From the UHGV virus genome UHGV-1351770: 64,000 nt of DNA, one strand, 5' to 3'. The number at the start of each line of letters is the position of its first letter. Position 1 is the stretch's first letter. Of the stretch, positions 38,071 through 48,724 are shown piece after piece. A program made the position numbers and the translations under genes. The notes under the pieces were generated by a model that was given only the letters and a program-made list of their open reading frames with translations, made no database searches and had not been told where the DNA came from. Source of the stretch: a virus.

Positions 38071-38492
38071 TATTTAGTTACCCCATCACTGATAAATACT
38101 TTACCCTCCATTATACGAAAGGAGCTAATTGCAGATCCTATAACATCTCTAGTCATAATTATATCATAGTATCCTGCGAATCGCTGACGAGGGTTATATC
38201 TATCTCTTTCTTTGGTGGCTTTTTCACCAATATTCTCTACCGCTTCTATGGGTAAACTTATAGCTATAGCACCTTGAGCAGCATCAATAATTTTAGTAGT
38301 AAAAGATGCTAAAGTTTCCGCAGTCTCATCAAGGCTATTCTTTATAGTACCCCTTAGAGAATACCCCGTTAAGTTAACAGGGGTATTTGTAGGGGGATAA
38401 GTACTATCATCAACATCTAAGAATTGCATTAGTAGACCATAAGGCACTTTCTCATCTATTACTAAGTCTATAACTCTATTTTCAGTACTCAT
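38070..38492 (-). CDS. tail collar protein (T5 p132-like, 140 aa)
   Basis: Size and position between pb4 and the fibre genes. Confidence 0.6.
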   Translation of the reverse strand: MSTENRVIDLVIDEKVPYGLLMQFLDVDDSTYPPTNTPVNLTGYSLRGTIKNSLDETAETLASFTTKIIDAAQGAIAISLPIEAVENIGEKATKERDRYNPRQRFAGYYDIIMTRDVIGSAISSFRIMEGKVFISDGVTK

Positions 38493-38498
38493 TATTAA

Positions 38499-40571
38499 TT
38501 ACCTTATATGGATATACCCATTATTTAGGTCTATCTTCATCTTGTAGTATGCCTCAGGGTTACCTGATAGTGCGGCGTTCCTATCATAAATAATGTTAAC
38601 ACCGATCTGAGATAAGAAAGCATTTCCTGCTACAATTTTATCTGCCGTCACTGTACCATTAACAATCATATTTCCGTGGAGAACCATTGCAGGGTTAACC
38701 CAACTAGACCCATTCCATTGCCGTGTAAATGCTGATTGTGGGGCATTACTATTAAATTCAGTTAATACATCATATTTAACTGGGGAAGAACCGAAATTAC
38801 TTTGAAAGAAGGAATTAGCTTGTCCATCGTCCCAACCACCTAAACCTGGTATACCTACAGAGTACATCCCAGGACCACGTTGTCCATCATGTCCTATAGT
38901 GCCTTCAGTACCACTCCACTGAACTACATCAGACCAGCTAGTACCCTCTAATAATCTATTAGTCACAGGATCTAAAGTACCAGTAGTAGCATAGATATTC
39001 TGAGTCATATCAGTACGATTAGGCGGTGTTTTAGACCAACCAGGAGGGGGATAATCTTGCTCTAATGGTTTTGCTGGCAAACTTTTACCAAGTTTATAAA
39101 TAAATACGGTTTGTTTGCCTTGCAAACCAGTTTCAATATCTACGTCACCATTTGGTGTTCCAATTACTACACCGCTAGAAATACGTAGCACATCACCATC
39201 ATAACGAATCCACTGTGTGGCATTACCAATGTCTAACTTAGCTTTGGCAGAGGTATTATCCATGCCCATCCAAATACCGGAGTTATTATCCCCCCAAGAT
39301 TTACCTTGAGTGTAAATTGCTGGATTATCCTTACCGGATAAGTTAGTCATAATAAAGTTTGCAGCATTAATATCTCTAGTAATTACTTTCCCATCAACGT
39401 TAACAACACGGTTTATAGGGTCAAAAGAAATAGATGCTTTTCCTTCTTCATCTAGCAGACCAATGTTAATAGCGCCAGTGGCTGCGTCGATTAAGAATGT
39501 CTGCCTCCAGATTTCTCCATCTTTCATACTACCTCTAATAAAGGCATAATTAACATCAATACCCGTCTCATTGACAAAGCTGTTGTCTAGAGGAGTATCT
39601 TCATTCAATATAAATGTTACAGGAGCTGATTCTGTTATATCTTGCTTATTTGGTCCCCAGGCAATTGATGATACCTTAAAAGTATGCTCAACTTTCCATG
39701 GGAATGATATGATCGTTGCAGCTCTAGCAGCCCCAACGTTTATCTTTTGAGCTTTAGCCCAGCCAGTCTTAGCATATTCCTCAGAGTTTATATAAGTGAC
39801 TAGAAATTCACGGACATTAGCACCACCACCACGTTCCCAGTCCCACTCTATTCTAACATCATATCGTTCCTTACCGTCTGCGATTCGTGCAGCTTTAAAG
39901 GCAATGTTAGTAGGTGCAGTAGGTGGTACGAAATTATAAGCTACAGTGAAAACGCTAGGGTATTCATAATAACCAGATGAGTCAACTGTAACACCATCTG
40001 GCATCGTAACTTGACCCGATATTCTGATCTTATAGTCGCCAACCGGAACACCACCAAATTTGATAGTAGATCCCAATGCGCCTATATAATACTTAACCCA
40101 TTCACTATCTTCTGATGCAGTACTTTTTAATTCAATAGTGCAGTAACTAGCTTCCCCAGTAGTATCTACAACAACTATTGGAGCACCAACACCCACGTCG
40201 ACGGGTTCTGATTCAGATCTTGCTGCAGTAATTATTGGCTTTTCCTTTGTTCTAAAGTTAGTTTCATTAGAGAGGTTGATACCAATCTTAGCTTCCAGTA
40301 ACTCTGAGTCAATAATTGAGTCATAGAAAGCCCCCTGAACCCCGTAGGAGGTAGAAGGGGTTAGATTATTAATCATTACGAAGAAAGTATCTATACCAGT
40401 ATAATCACGTCTATCTATACTTTCTTCTGTCTTTAACCAAAAAGATCTACCAATAACGTCATAGTCAGTATATATAGAGTGCTGGACATATGCCATTGTA
40501 TATCCAGTCATTATACTATTTAAGACCATTTTGGCTGGTGCATTATTCGAAATCATTAAATGGATGCCCAC
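38499..40571 (-). CDS. baseplate/straight-fibre protein pb4-like (690 aa)
   Basis: Size (T5 pb4 about 688 aa) and synteny downstream of pb3. FN3-like repeats. Confidence 0.7.
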   Translation of the reverse strand: MGIHLMISNNAPAKMVLNSIMTGYTMAYVQHSIYTDYDVIGRSFWLKTEESIDRRDYTGIDTFFVMINNLTPSTSYGVQGAFYDSIIDSELLEAKIGINLSNETNFRTKEKPIITAARSESEPVDVGVGAPIVVVDTTGEASYCTIELKSTASEDSEWVKYYIGALGSTIKFGGVPVGDYKIRISGQVTMPDGVTVDSSGYYEYPSVFTVAYNFVPPTAPTNIAFKAARIADGKERYDVRIEWDWERGGGANVREFLVTYINSEEYAKTGWAKAQKINVGAARAATIISFPWKVEHTFKVSSIAWGPNKQDITESAPVTFILNEDTPLDNSFVNETGIDVNYAFIRGSMKDGEIWRQTFLIDAATGAINIGLLDEEGKASISFDPINRVVNVDGKVITRDINAANFIMTNLSGKDNPAIYTQGKSWGDNNSGIWMGMDNTSAKAKLDIGNATQWIRYDGDVLRISSGVVIGTPNGDVDIETGLQGKQTVFIYKLGKSLPAKPLEQDYPPPGWSKTPPNRTDMTQNIYATTGTLDPVTNRLLEGTSWSDVVQWSGTEGTIGHDGQRGPGMYSVGIPGLGGWDDGQANSFFQSNFGSSPVKYDVLTEFNSNAPQSAFTRQWNGSSWVNPAMVLHGNMIVNGTVTADKIVAGNAFLSQIGVNIIYDRNAALSGNPEAYYKMKIDLNNGYIHIR

Positions 40572-43405
40572 TCCACAGACTGTTCTCCATCATCTCCTTC
40601 TGCTCTAATACGAAAATATAGTTTTCTATTGATTCCTAGAGCATCACTGTTATGAAGAGCAAAATCTGCCTTATTATACGTTAATAAATAGTCATAAGTA
40701 TACTGATTTTCAATACGTACACTTCTTAGCATTCTATTCTGGGAATCATAGATCTCCAGAGTATAGAATATACTCTCTATTATATCTTCTTCTGGTATTC
40801 TATCCCAAGCTAGTTTTACATCTGGGCCTACAAACTCAGTTACATCCCCAGAAGCCGTATTAGTTACCCTAAAATTAGATACTACACTTAGGTTTTTAGC
40901 AGAGTTAAGTTCTATAGATAATGTTACTGGAGAACTTCTTCTACCGTTTATATCCACAGCCCTTATTTCAAATATTGCTAAACCTGCAGGCTCTCCAATT
41001 ATCTCTTGGATCATCCGTTCGTTGGGATTTGTTTCTAGTTGCTGCACAATATAAGGTTCAGCATGACCGGAATGCACGATAGAGTAATAAACTACGTTAT
41101 TAGTTAAGCTTGGAAGCCAAGATAACTCACCATTTTTTCCTATAGAACCAACTAAGCCACCGGGTGTAGGAGTATACTTAAAATCTCTAGGAGGAAGAAC
41201 ATTGTTACTAATATCTGGTATATCATTACCACTATTATCTACTTGATCAGAGTTGATAAATACATCCTCCCCGTACTCCTGTAGAGTAACATTTATCTTT
41301 CCTTCTCTAGAGTTTTCTACTTCATCTACTAAAAAGTATTTCTTATCCCATCCATAACGGTCGTATGTAAATGCAATAGCATCGTTAGGCTCAATACCAA
41401 TGAATTGATATGGTAAAGAAAATGAGAGGGTTCTAGAATACCTAGATTTCTTAAGTTCTCTGTCTGCAAAACTTCTAGCAGTATAGTAGTTAGTTATATT
41501 TGCAAAAGATAATTGTAATTTTTTGTCTAAATTTTTATCTTGTTCTTTATATTTAGAGTTGTAAAAGGTAATAGAGTTAGTTTTCCAGCTAAGAGCTGGG
41601 TCTACGATGGATGCTTGAACTGAGTTGAATTTATTTCTACCAGTAGTATCTGATAGCTCTAAATCACCATAAGTATCCAGAAAATTAATCTCTAGTGGAG
41701 TATTAGAATATTTTTCTACAGTAATCCTATATTGACCAGATAAGTTGTTAATAGCCCCACCGTAGGACTCTAATAAACCTTGCACATTTTTAAATACTGA
41801 TTCAGATGTATCCAGAATAGTATTCATTTGTACTATTTGTCTATTTTCTGCTAGTGGATCAGTCCACCCAACGTATCTCCAATATGGCTGCCAAGATACC
41901 TGATAGGATTCATCTATAATATCTAAAATAGCTGCTTCCTGTATTAATTGCTGAAGTGGGAACTGATCAATGGTAATATTAGCGCCATATCTATCAGAGG
42001 TTAAGTAATCAAGTGTTTGCCAAATACCATTTAAGCTAGTACTATTAGCAGTTACTCTACCATCAGAATGATAGACTTTTACTTTTTTACCTTGAATTTC
42101 AGCACTAACTTCTGGAATCTCAGTCCTATTTTCATTAATAGTGAAGCGCACCACTGCGTATGCAGTATCTAGTAGCTTATATCTAGCATCCCAGTATTCA
42201 GGCCCATTACCATTCATATTTTGAAGATAGAACCCACGTTCTTTAGCTATATCTACTAGTACTTCAGAAGCCGCTTGGTCAGATTTTCCATGATACGTCC
42301 AAATTCTTATGTCCCCGTTACCATCATTATATTTATATTCCTGTCCATGCACGGATGGGCTACTAGAGGAGGTTCCAGATGCTATCCTCTGCATTGTATC
42401 CCCTACTACTTTTTTAGTACCAAAACAGGTTCTAGCAGAGCTATCATTAGCATCTATGCAGATCATAGGGTTATCACCAAAGGAGAAATCAAGAAAACCA
42501 TCAATCTCTCCCTCAGCAAAGGCGTATACGACATAAACTATGTTGGGATTATGTAGTTCTGTATCCGCAAAAATAGGTATTCCTGGTATTTTCTGTACGC
42601 CATAAACTACTGGGATATATTTAGCAGCAAGGTTAAAATCTATATCTACTTCCTTAGTAACAGTTTCATAGTACTTTTTAAGGCTGTAGCTTCTAGATAA
42701 GCCAAATAGTTTTTTCTTTGATTTTAACTTGTATCTTTCTTCTTGAACCTGATATTTTGCCAGGATAGAGATACTTTTATTGGAGTGGAAGAACCCATAA
42801 TCTTCTTGGTACTCAGGTCTTTTAGCTCCGTTAGATGGAACTAATTGTCCTGCTACAATTTCAAGCCCTCTATGGGAAGCGTCATCAGTATACCTACCAT
42901 TAACTCTATCAAAGTCATAGAATTGGTTAGAACAATTCCAGGTAATTGTAGAGGTTCCTACTCCAGAGGTACTAATATTATCTTTAATACCCCCTCCAGT
43001 AATCCTCCCCCTAAAATATAGTAAAGGACCATTTGTATCTGGGTCTACTGGCAGAATAGAACCATCTTCGGTAATAATTGCTTGGTGGATTGATACTAGT
43101 CTATCTAAAAAGGACACACCATTCTGCACTAGTTTCAGTACTTCATCCTGCGCTGTACCTGTAATAGTAAAAGATAGACTGCCAATAGATAAATCTCTAT
43201 TTTGTTTATGTGTGCTAATGGACTTAACCTTACCAGCCTGGTACAAAATACCATTATATAGTACATCTCTAAAATAATCAGTTAAATAAATAAAAGCAGT
43301 ACTAGTACCAGTAGAGCCAGGTAATTCTAGGGAAATTAGACTAGCAGTTTTTATTCTGCTATTATTTTTTAAGTAGTTTCTAGCACTATCTAGTATTTTC
43401 TTCAT
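40556..43405 (-). CDS. baseplate hub protein pb3-like (949 aa)
   Basis: Size matches T5 pb3, between Dit and pb4. Confidence 0.75.
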   Translation of the reverse strand: MKKILDSARNYLKNNSRIKTASLISLELPGSTGTSTAFIYLTDYFRDVLYNGILYQAGKVKSISTHKQNRDLSIGSLSFTITGTAQDEVLKLVQNGVSFLDRLVSIHQAIITEDGSILPVDPDTNGPLLYFRGRITGGGIKDNISTSGVGTSTITWNCSNQFYDFDRVNGRYTDDASHRGLEIVAGQLVPSNGAKRPEYQEDYGFFHSNKSISILAKYQVQEERYKLKSKKKLFGLSRSYSLKKYYETVTKEVDIDFNLAAKYIPVVYGVQKIPGIPIFADTELHNPNIVYVVYAFAEGEIDGFLDFSFGDNPMICIDANDSSARTCFGTKKVVGDTMQRIASGTSSSSPSVHGQEYKYNDGNGDIRIWTYHGKSDQAASEVLVDIAKERGFYLQNMNGNGPEYWDARYKLLDTAYAVVRFTINENRTEIPEVSAEIQGKKVKVYHSDGRVTANSTSLNGIWQTLDYLTSDRYGANITIDQFPLQQLIQEAAILDIIDESYQVSWQPYWRYVGWTDPLAENRQIVQMNTILDTSESVFKNVQGLLESYGGAINNLSGQYRITVEKYSNTPLEINFLDTYGDLELSDTTGRNKFNSVQASIVDPALSWKTNSITFYNSKYKEQDKNLDKKLQLSFANITNYYTARSFADRELKKSRYSRTLSFSLPYQFIGIEPNDAIAFTYDRYGWDKKYFLVDEVENSREGKINVTLQEYGEDVFINSDQVDNSGNDIPDISNNVLPPRDFKYTPTPGGLVGSIGKNGELSWLPSLTNNVVYYSIVHSGHAEPYIVQQLETNPNERMIQEIIGEPAGLAIFEIRAVDINGRRSSPVTLSIELNSAKNLSVVSNFRVTNTASGDVTEFVGPDVKLAWDRIPEEDIIESIFYTLEIYDSQNRMLRSVRIENQYTYDYLLTYNKADFALHNSDALGINRKLYFRIRAEGDDGEQSVEWASI

Positions 43406-44016
43406 AAACTTTCCCGTAAATTTAATGAGATGCCGGAATATGTTCCGTTATTATTTAATGTAGATCCGAAAGCATCACCATTCATGAGTTTTGTTCTAAA
43501 TAGTATTCCGTTAAACACTGGTTTCTCAGCCCCAGTAGTAGTTATAAATAAATCAGGGTATAAGTTTATAGACCACGTATTGCCTGATTTATTGAATGAT
43601 GTTATTTTATATACTTTTGGATGGTTAGATAGCTTAAATAGATCCCCTGGTTTTGGAATACCTGTGAGAAGTCCTTTTGTATCCATAGTTATATTAGAAC
43701 CCTTCTGTCCAGCAGGTATATTTACTAGGCTAGTATTACCTCTAACTCTAAAAGCTTCGTATTGGGGTAATATAACATCTATATAACCACCAGTCCTTTT
43801 GTATTCTAGAATAAAAGCATCTAGAACACTATATTCATCTGGAAATAATTCTGGATAAGAAATATTTATACCCCAGTATTGAGCAGATACCTTAACTTCG
43901 TTAACTTTACCATTTGGTAACTCATCACGAATTACTGGGTCATTATCAATCAGGTTAACACTTTCGAATCCTAATCCTGAAAGTTCTGGATTCGTGTATG
44001 GGTCTGGTAATCTCAT
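43402..44016 (-). CDS. distal tail protein Dit (pb9-like, 204 aa)
   Basis: Same length as T5 pb9, immediately downstream of the TMP. Confidence 0.75.
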   Translation of the reverse strand: MRLPDPYTNPELSGLGFESVNLIDNDPVIRDELPNGKVNEVKVSAQYWGINISYPELFPDEYSVLDAFILEYKRTGGYIDVILPQYEAFRVRGNTSLVNIPAGQKGSNITMDTKGLLTGIPKPGDLFKLSNHPKVYKITSFNKSGNTWSINLYPDLFITTTGAEKPVFNGILFRTKLMNGDAFGSTLNNNGTYSGISLNLRESL

Positions 44017-44096
44017 AGTTAATTTCTCCTCTTTAATAACAATATTATAATAGTATTAGAAAATTTTATCAAGAAATTTTTATTTTTCCATAAAGA

Positions 44097-44122
44097 AAAG
44101 GAGGACTCAAAGTCCTCCTCCA
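44097..44122 (-). terminator. intrinsic terminator after the tape-measure gene (minus strand)
   Basis: ggaggact-ttg-agtcctcc hairpin followed by ttttcttt on the minus strand. Confidence 0.6.
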
Positions 44123-44125
44123 GTT

Positions 44126-47100
44126 TTAAGAATTTCCTAATGTTTTCAGACTAGCACCGTTCTCATTCAGAGCTAATTCTACTGCGTCTCTTAGAGCACT
44201 ACTATTACTAGAAGCAAACTCTCTAAAACTTGCAGCATCCATAGCACTAATATTCAGGATGATAGGTCTTCCTGAAGTTGAGTTAGATGAGGTTTTTAGC
44301 TCATCATTAGGTGTAGCTTTCATAGGAACCATAGGGGTAACTACTTCTGTACCATGTTCACCCATTTGGTAACTAACCCCTGGGTACATATTACCACCCT
44401 CAGCACGAGGAACGAAAGAGTTGGCACTACCTATACCTTGATCGCCACGAATATAAGATAGTTCACCTGCATTAGCAGACATGGACACATCTATATTCTT
44501 TTGACGTTCTCCTAAGGTTAAGTAACTAGTTGTATCAGCTCCCGAATCAGCAATACTCGACATACTCGATGCAGAGGATGCTTGGGCGAGGGCCAGAGCA
44601 CCTGCTAAACCTGCCGCTACCATCAGAGGAATAGAGAACGGGTATGGAACAGCTGTTGCCGCCTGCATTACAGCTACTGCAGTTTGGATGATAATCTGCT
44701 TCTTAGCTGCGTCTTGTTGAATCTTCAGCTTTTCAGCTTCTAACTTTTTCAGTTTAGCTTTAGATGCTTCAGATTTACCATCTCGTTTCTGCTCTGCTGC
44801 AATAGCCTGATCAATTGCACTAACCTGTTGACTAGTACTATATTGAATCATAGAGGCCACAGTCTGCATACCGGAAGCAATCATAGATGTAGTATCTAAA
44901 GATCCCTGAGAGAATTGAATCATAGCATTGGTTAAGTTACCCATGCTTTGAGCTACAGCGGTTGCTTCAGAGTTTAGCTCAGATAGTTTAGAGATTGCCT
45001 GATCATAAGAAGCCATTCTATTTCCCATATCAGCAAAATCTTTATCTTCTCCAGATAGTCCAGTTGTAGGAGTATATACAGCACCTACAGAAGACCCTAC
45101 CTGTTGCTGCATCTGGCTATCTCTCTGTTTTCTAAGCTGCTCTAAGGCTGCTGAAGTTTTATAAATCTCATTACGATATTTAATTTCTTCTTCAGTATTA
45201 CCTTTAGACAGTTCCAGCTGCTGCTGCAGAATAGATAACCTTTCAGTGAGAATCTGTGACTGACCAGTGACATTTCTCTGCGTTTGGCTGACCTCTAGCG
45301 CATCCATGAGAGCTGATACATGTGAGGCAGTTGCCTGTTTCTCCGCTTCCCATATTTCTCTGCTTATTTGTGCTTGAGCACGTCTAGACTGTTCTGCCTC
45401 TTTCTGTTTGTCCGCTTGTTTTGTATACCATTCGTACTTCTCTTTCTCTATAGTTAGTTCTAGTTTTAGCTGAGCTAATCTATATTGAGTAGTAGTCATA
45501 GTGCGGTCATTCAGAAGAGCTATCTCACGATCTACACCCAGGATTTTATCTGTATAATCCTTAACCTTCTTCTGGGCCTCCATACCCTGATTGGTAAGTT
45601 TAAGTTTCTCCAGCTGAATTTTTTCAATTTCTTTCTCAACAGCTTTATTTCCCTGGTTTGTTTGAAGAACACGGCGTAAAGCAGCTTCTTGCTCTTCTAA
45701 CTGTTGCAACTCTAAACGTCTACCAGCTTCCTGAGCCTTTTCCTTATCCTTAGTTTGGTTATATACATCAGCTATCTTCTGTTGAACTGCTAACTGGTTC
45801 TTAGTCTCATTACCGGTTAGTTTAACGTACTCAGATAAGGCCTGAGACGCAGTTTTCATTTCGGACAGAGTATTGTACCCTAGATTAAGATTTTTAACGT
45901 ATTCATCAGCACTCTTACCAGTACCTAGAGATAGAGATTCTATATTTTTTATAGCATCTGCTAAAGTAGCACTAGTTTTAGCAGCAGTATCTGTATTCTG
46001 AGCAACGTTCTGTATGTCATTAGCTAAGTCACTAGCCGTTTTCTTAGTCTGATTGTACGCTTTCTGCTGCTCAGTTAGTCCTTTTAATACAGTAGAGTTA
46101 AAATCGTATACAGCATCAGGATCAGTAGTATCTCTCTGTAGATTAATTTGCTTCTGAAACTCTGGACTAGCCTTTGCAGCAGCGGCCCCAGCAGCTTGAT
46201 ATGCTGATTTCCAGGCATTAAGGTTTTCAGTAGAATCCTCTACTTCCTTACCAAGTCTAGTTACTTGTAGACCCATAGCTGCAGTTTCTGCTACAAATTG
46301 CTTATTGGCCTCCGAAGCACCTGCTGCTGCAAGACCAACAGGAATACCTTCACCAACTTGACGTATAGCTAATTTTGTATAGAAATCTGCTTGTTCCATT
46401 CGTTTATCGAACTCAGATTTTAGCTTATTACGCTTATCAAGAGATTCCTTATACATATCTAGAGCTTTATTATAGCCTTCTTCAGAAGCAGCTAAACTTA
46501 AAGCAACAGCACCAACGTTGGTAGGGTCTATCTGTCTATTAGTTTTTTCTTGAGCTCTAGCTGCCTCAGCAGATATAGAAGCCTGAGATGTATAAAATAC
46601 TGTGTTGATAGCATCAATTACTGGCCCTAAATACTTAGCAGCAGCTTGTTGTATTTTTCTTAGTGCAGCATCTGCATTAGCAGCAAATTGCTCCCATGGA
46701 GTTGCACGTAGTACTTCATCTAGGTAGCCAAACCGCTTAGTAGATTCAGCAATTACCGCGTTAGCGTATGCTTGTTGTTTCTGGAAAGTGGTAAGACTAT
46801 TAACATTATATGTTATACCTGTGTTTGCAGCATTTAACTGCTTAACGTAATCAGCGTATGCGTCATTAAGACGGATAGTGACACCAAGTTCATCCAGAAG
46901 TTCGATTTCTTGTTTAGATACGCCCTTAATTACACGGTTAAGTGCATCAGTCATATCAACACCAAGAACAGCAGCAGCACGACGAGCTACTAAACCAAAT
47001 TTATTAAGTTGTTCGGCATCAAATCCATAAGCAGATGCTGAAGATGCCTGTCTCATTGCTTCCTCAAAAGAAATAGCATATCCAGCAGCTTCTTGTAGTG

Positions 47101-47806
47101 ACCTAGCAAGGGTCTGAACAGGAGTACCTGTCTGAGTACCTACTATAACACCAAATTTTTCTAGACGATTTAGCTGATCACCTAGTTTAAGTTGTTCAAA
47201 TGCTGATTGCAAAACGAAGATGTTGGAAGCAAGAGCTGCGTACATAATAGGTAAACTACCACCGATCTTAGCCATTGCCGCAAAATCACGAGTTGCACCA
47301 CGTGCTGAACCAGAAGTATTACCAATAGCTCTAGAAGCTCTACCAGCGGCACCAGCAGTATCATTAAAACCCCTAGCTGTGCCACCTAATGCTCTATTAG
47401 TATCGTATAATCTATCCTGGACTTTTTCTGTTGCAGCTGCAACATCATTACCCATTGTTTTAACAGATCTAGAAACTCCATCGAATCCAATTTCTAGTTT
47501 ATCTGTTACTTCAATAAGCTGGATAGCCAGGTAGTCTAGCTTATCACCAATACCATCAATGGATTTAGTGATACCAGCCATACCCCTACTAGCTTGCATT
47601 TTAGTAAGACTTTTCGCTGCTCTGTCTGCTGCCCTCTCAATGGAATAAAGAGTTCTGGGCATTTTACCTAACTGCTCATTTGTCAGTTCGGAAGCAGCAG
47701 CAGCATTTTCCAACGCATCAGATACGTTTTCAATAGACTTTGCAGTACGAGTTGCCCCCTTCTGTTTAACGTCTATTAGTAATTCTCGTATTAGCTTATC
47801 AGTCAT
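44126..47806 (-). CDS. tail tape measure protein (pb2-like, 1226 aa)
   Basis: Very long coiled-coil protein rich in A/Q/K/E, with a C-proximal hydrophobic segment (IIIQTAVAVMQAATAV...AGLAGALALAQA). T5 pb2 is about 1219 aa. Confidence 0.88.
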   Translation of the reverse strand: MTDKLIRELLIDVKQKGATRTAKSIENVSDALENAAAASELTNEQLGKMPRTLYSIERAADRAAKSLTKMQASRGMAGITKSIDGIGDKLDYLAIQLIEVTDKLEIGFDGVSRSVKTMGNDVAAATEKVQDRLYDTNRALGGTARGFNDTAGAAGRASRAIGNTSGSARGATRDFAAMAKIGGSLPIMYAALASNIFVLQSAFEQLKLGDQLNRLEKFGVIVGTQTGTPVQTLARSLQEAAGYAISFEEAMRQASSASAYGFDAEQLNKFGLVARRAAAVLGVDMTDALNRVIKGVSKQEIELLDELGVTIRLNDAYADYVKQLNAANTGITYNVNSLTTFQKQQAYANAVIAESTKRFGYLDEVLRATPWEQFAANADAALRKIQQAAAKYLGPVIDAINTVFYTSQASISAEAARAQEKTNRQIDPTNVGAVALSLAASEEGYNKALDMYKESLDKRNKLKSEFDKRMEQADFYTKLAIRQVGEGIPVGLAAAGASEANKQFVAETAAMGLQVTRLGKEVEDSTENLNAWKSAYQAAGAAAAKASPEFQKQINLQRDTTDPDAVYDFNSTVLKGLTEQQKAYNQTKKTASDLANDIQNVAQNTDTAAKTSATLADAIKNIESLSLGTGKSADEYVKNLNLGYNTLSEMKTASQALSEYVKLTGNETKNQLAVQQKIADVYNQTKDKEKAQEAGRRLELQQLEEQEAALRRVLQTNQGNKAVEKEIEKIQLEKLKLTNQGMEAQKKVKDYTDKILGVDREIALLNDRTMTTTQYRLAQLKLELTIEKEKYEWYTKQADKQKEAEQSRRAQAQISREIWEAEKQATASHVSALMDALEVSQTQRNVTGQSQILTERLSILQQQLELSKGNTEEEIKYRNEIYKTSAALEQLRKQRDSQMQQQVGSSVGAVYTPTTGLSGEDKDFADMGNRMASYDQAISKLSELNSEATAVAQSMGNLTNAMIQFSQGSLDTTSMIASGMQTVASMIQYSTSQQVSAIDQAIAAEQKRDGKSEASKAKLKKLEAEKLKIQQDAAKKQIIIQTAVAVMQAATAVPYPFSIPLMVAAGLAGALALAQASSASSMSSIADSGADTTSYLTLGERQKNIDVSMSANAGELSYIRGDQGIGSANSFVPRAEGGNMYPGVSYQMGEHGTEVVTPMVPMKATPNDELKTSSNSTSGRPIILNISAMDAASFREFASSNSSALRDAVELALNENGASLKTLGNS

Positions 47807-47889
47807 GTTTTATTTTTCCCAATAAAAAAGGCTCTGGGCAAATCACCCAGAGCCAAGCCTCATCGTGGAACGCCCATTGGAGGAAACTT

Positions 47890-48345
47890 TTACCGTGCAC
47901 GAGATCTAGCATGTGGCTTAACGTTAGGAATCCTCCCGTTTTGCGGTTTATGCTTCTCAGCACGTTTACGTGCAGCGTCTACAGCTTTAGCATCAAATAT
48001 ATTGATAATGTGTAGAACAAATTCTTTTTCTATAGGATCAGTAATCCCATAAATATCAAATAAAACACCTAATGCAGCTTTATCCTTACCTATAAAAATA
48101 GGAAAGTCACCCGGTATGAAACAGTCAATCAGACTGTTATAAATATTCATACTAATAGATACAATAGGTGGAAAATCCTCAAGTTCAACGGGCATAGCCT
48201 TAGGATCAGGCTCTATACCCATTGACTCGCAAAGTATTAAATATTGTTGTTTGGTCATTTTAGATGCTGAGCTCTTAATACATTTATCTGCAAAATCAGC
48301 AACAGCATCTAGGAGTTCTTTACGCTTTTGGGCTACGAAAAGTGT
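47890..48345 (-). CDS. tail-assembly chaperone, downstream/extension ORF (a T-like frameshift product or separately initiated 122-aa protein)
   Basis: The frame is open from 48345, overlapping the 3' end of the 134-aa ORF in the +1/-2 frame. CCCAAAAG sits in the overlap. The internal ATG at 48258 lacks a good RBS. Confidence 0.5.
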   Translation of the reverse strand, partial: TLFVAQKRKELLDAVADFADKCIKSSASKMTKQQYLILCESMGIEPDPKAMPVELEDFPPIVSISMNIYNSLIDCFIPGDFPIFIGKDKAALGVLFDIYGITDPIEKEFVLHIINIFDAKAVDAARKRAEKHKPQNGRIPNVKPHARSRAR

Positions 48346-48724
48346 CTAAGTGGAACACTGTCTGGTTGATCCAAGAATCAAACGCAGCAGAGTTCTGCAT
48401 GAGCATTACAGCATTATCGCGGCTAAAAGGAACTTCAGTAGCAGGATCAGCATCTGTTTCAATCAGCATCAGTTTTTCAACGTCACCTACAGTCAAACCG
48501 GTCCAACCTTTAATAGCTGCGTCAACAAAGGCTTCAATGAACTTATCATCATCCTGTACCTGAATCAAAGTACCATTAACCCATTCATCGCGTTTAGCAG
48601 AAGAAATAACACGTTTAGAGGTAGCACGAGACATATAGTTAAGTTCTAGTTTAAAGTTCGGCATACCCGGGTAGGAAAGAGTAATAGTACGAGTATCGAG
48701 AGTAATATCTTTTAAATTAATCAT
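48320..48724 (-). CDS. tail-assembly chaperone (G-like, 134 aa)
   Basis: Position between p140/pb6 and the TMP; acidic. Confidence 0.6.
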   Translation of the reverse strand: MINLKDITLDTRTITLSYPGMPNFKLELNYMSRATSKRVISSAKRDEWVNGTLIQVQDDDKFIEAFVDAAIKGWTGLTVGDVEKLMLIETDADPATEVPFSRDNAVMLMQNSAAFDSWINQTVFHLDTFRSPKA

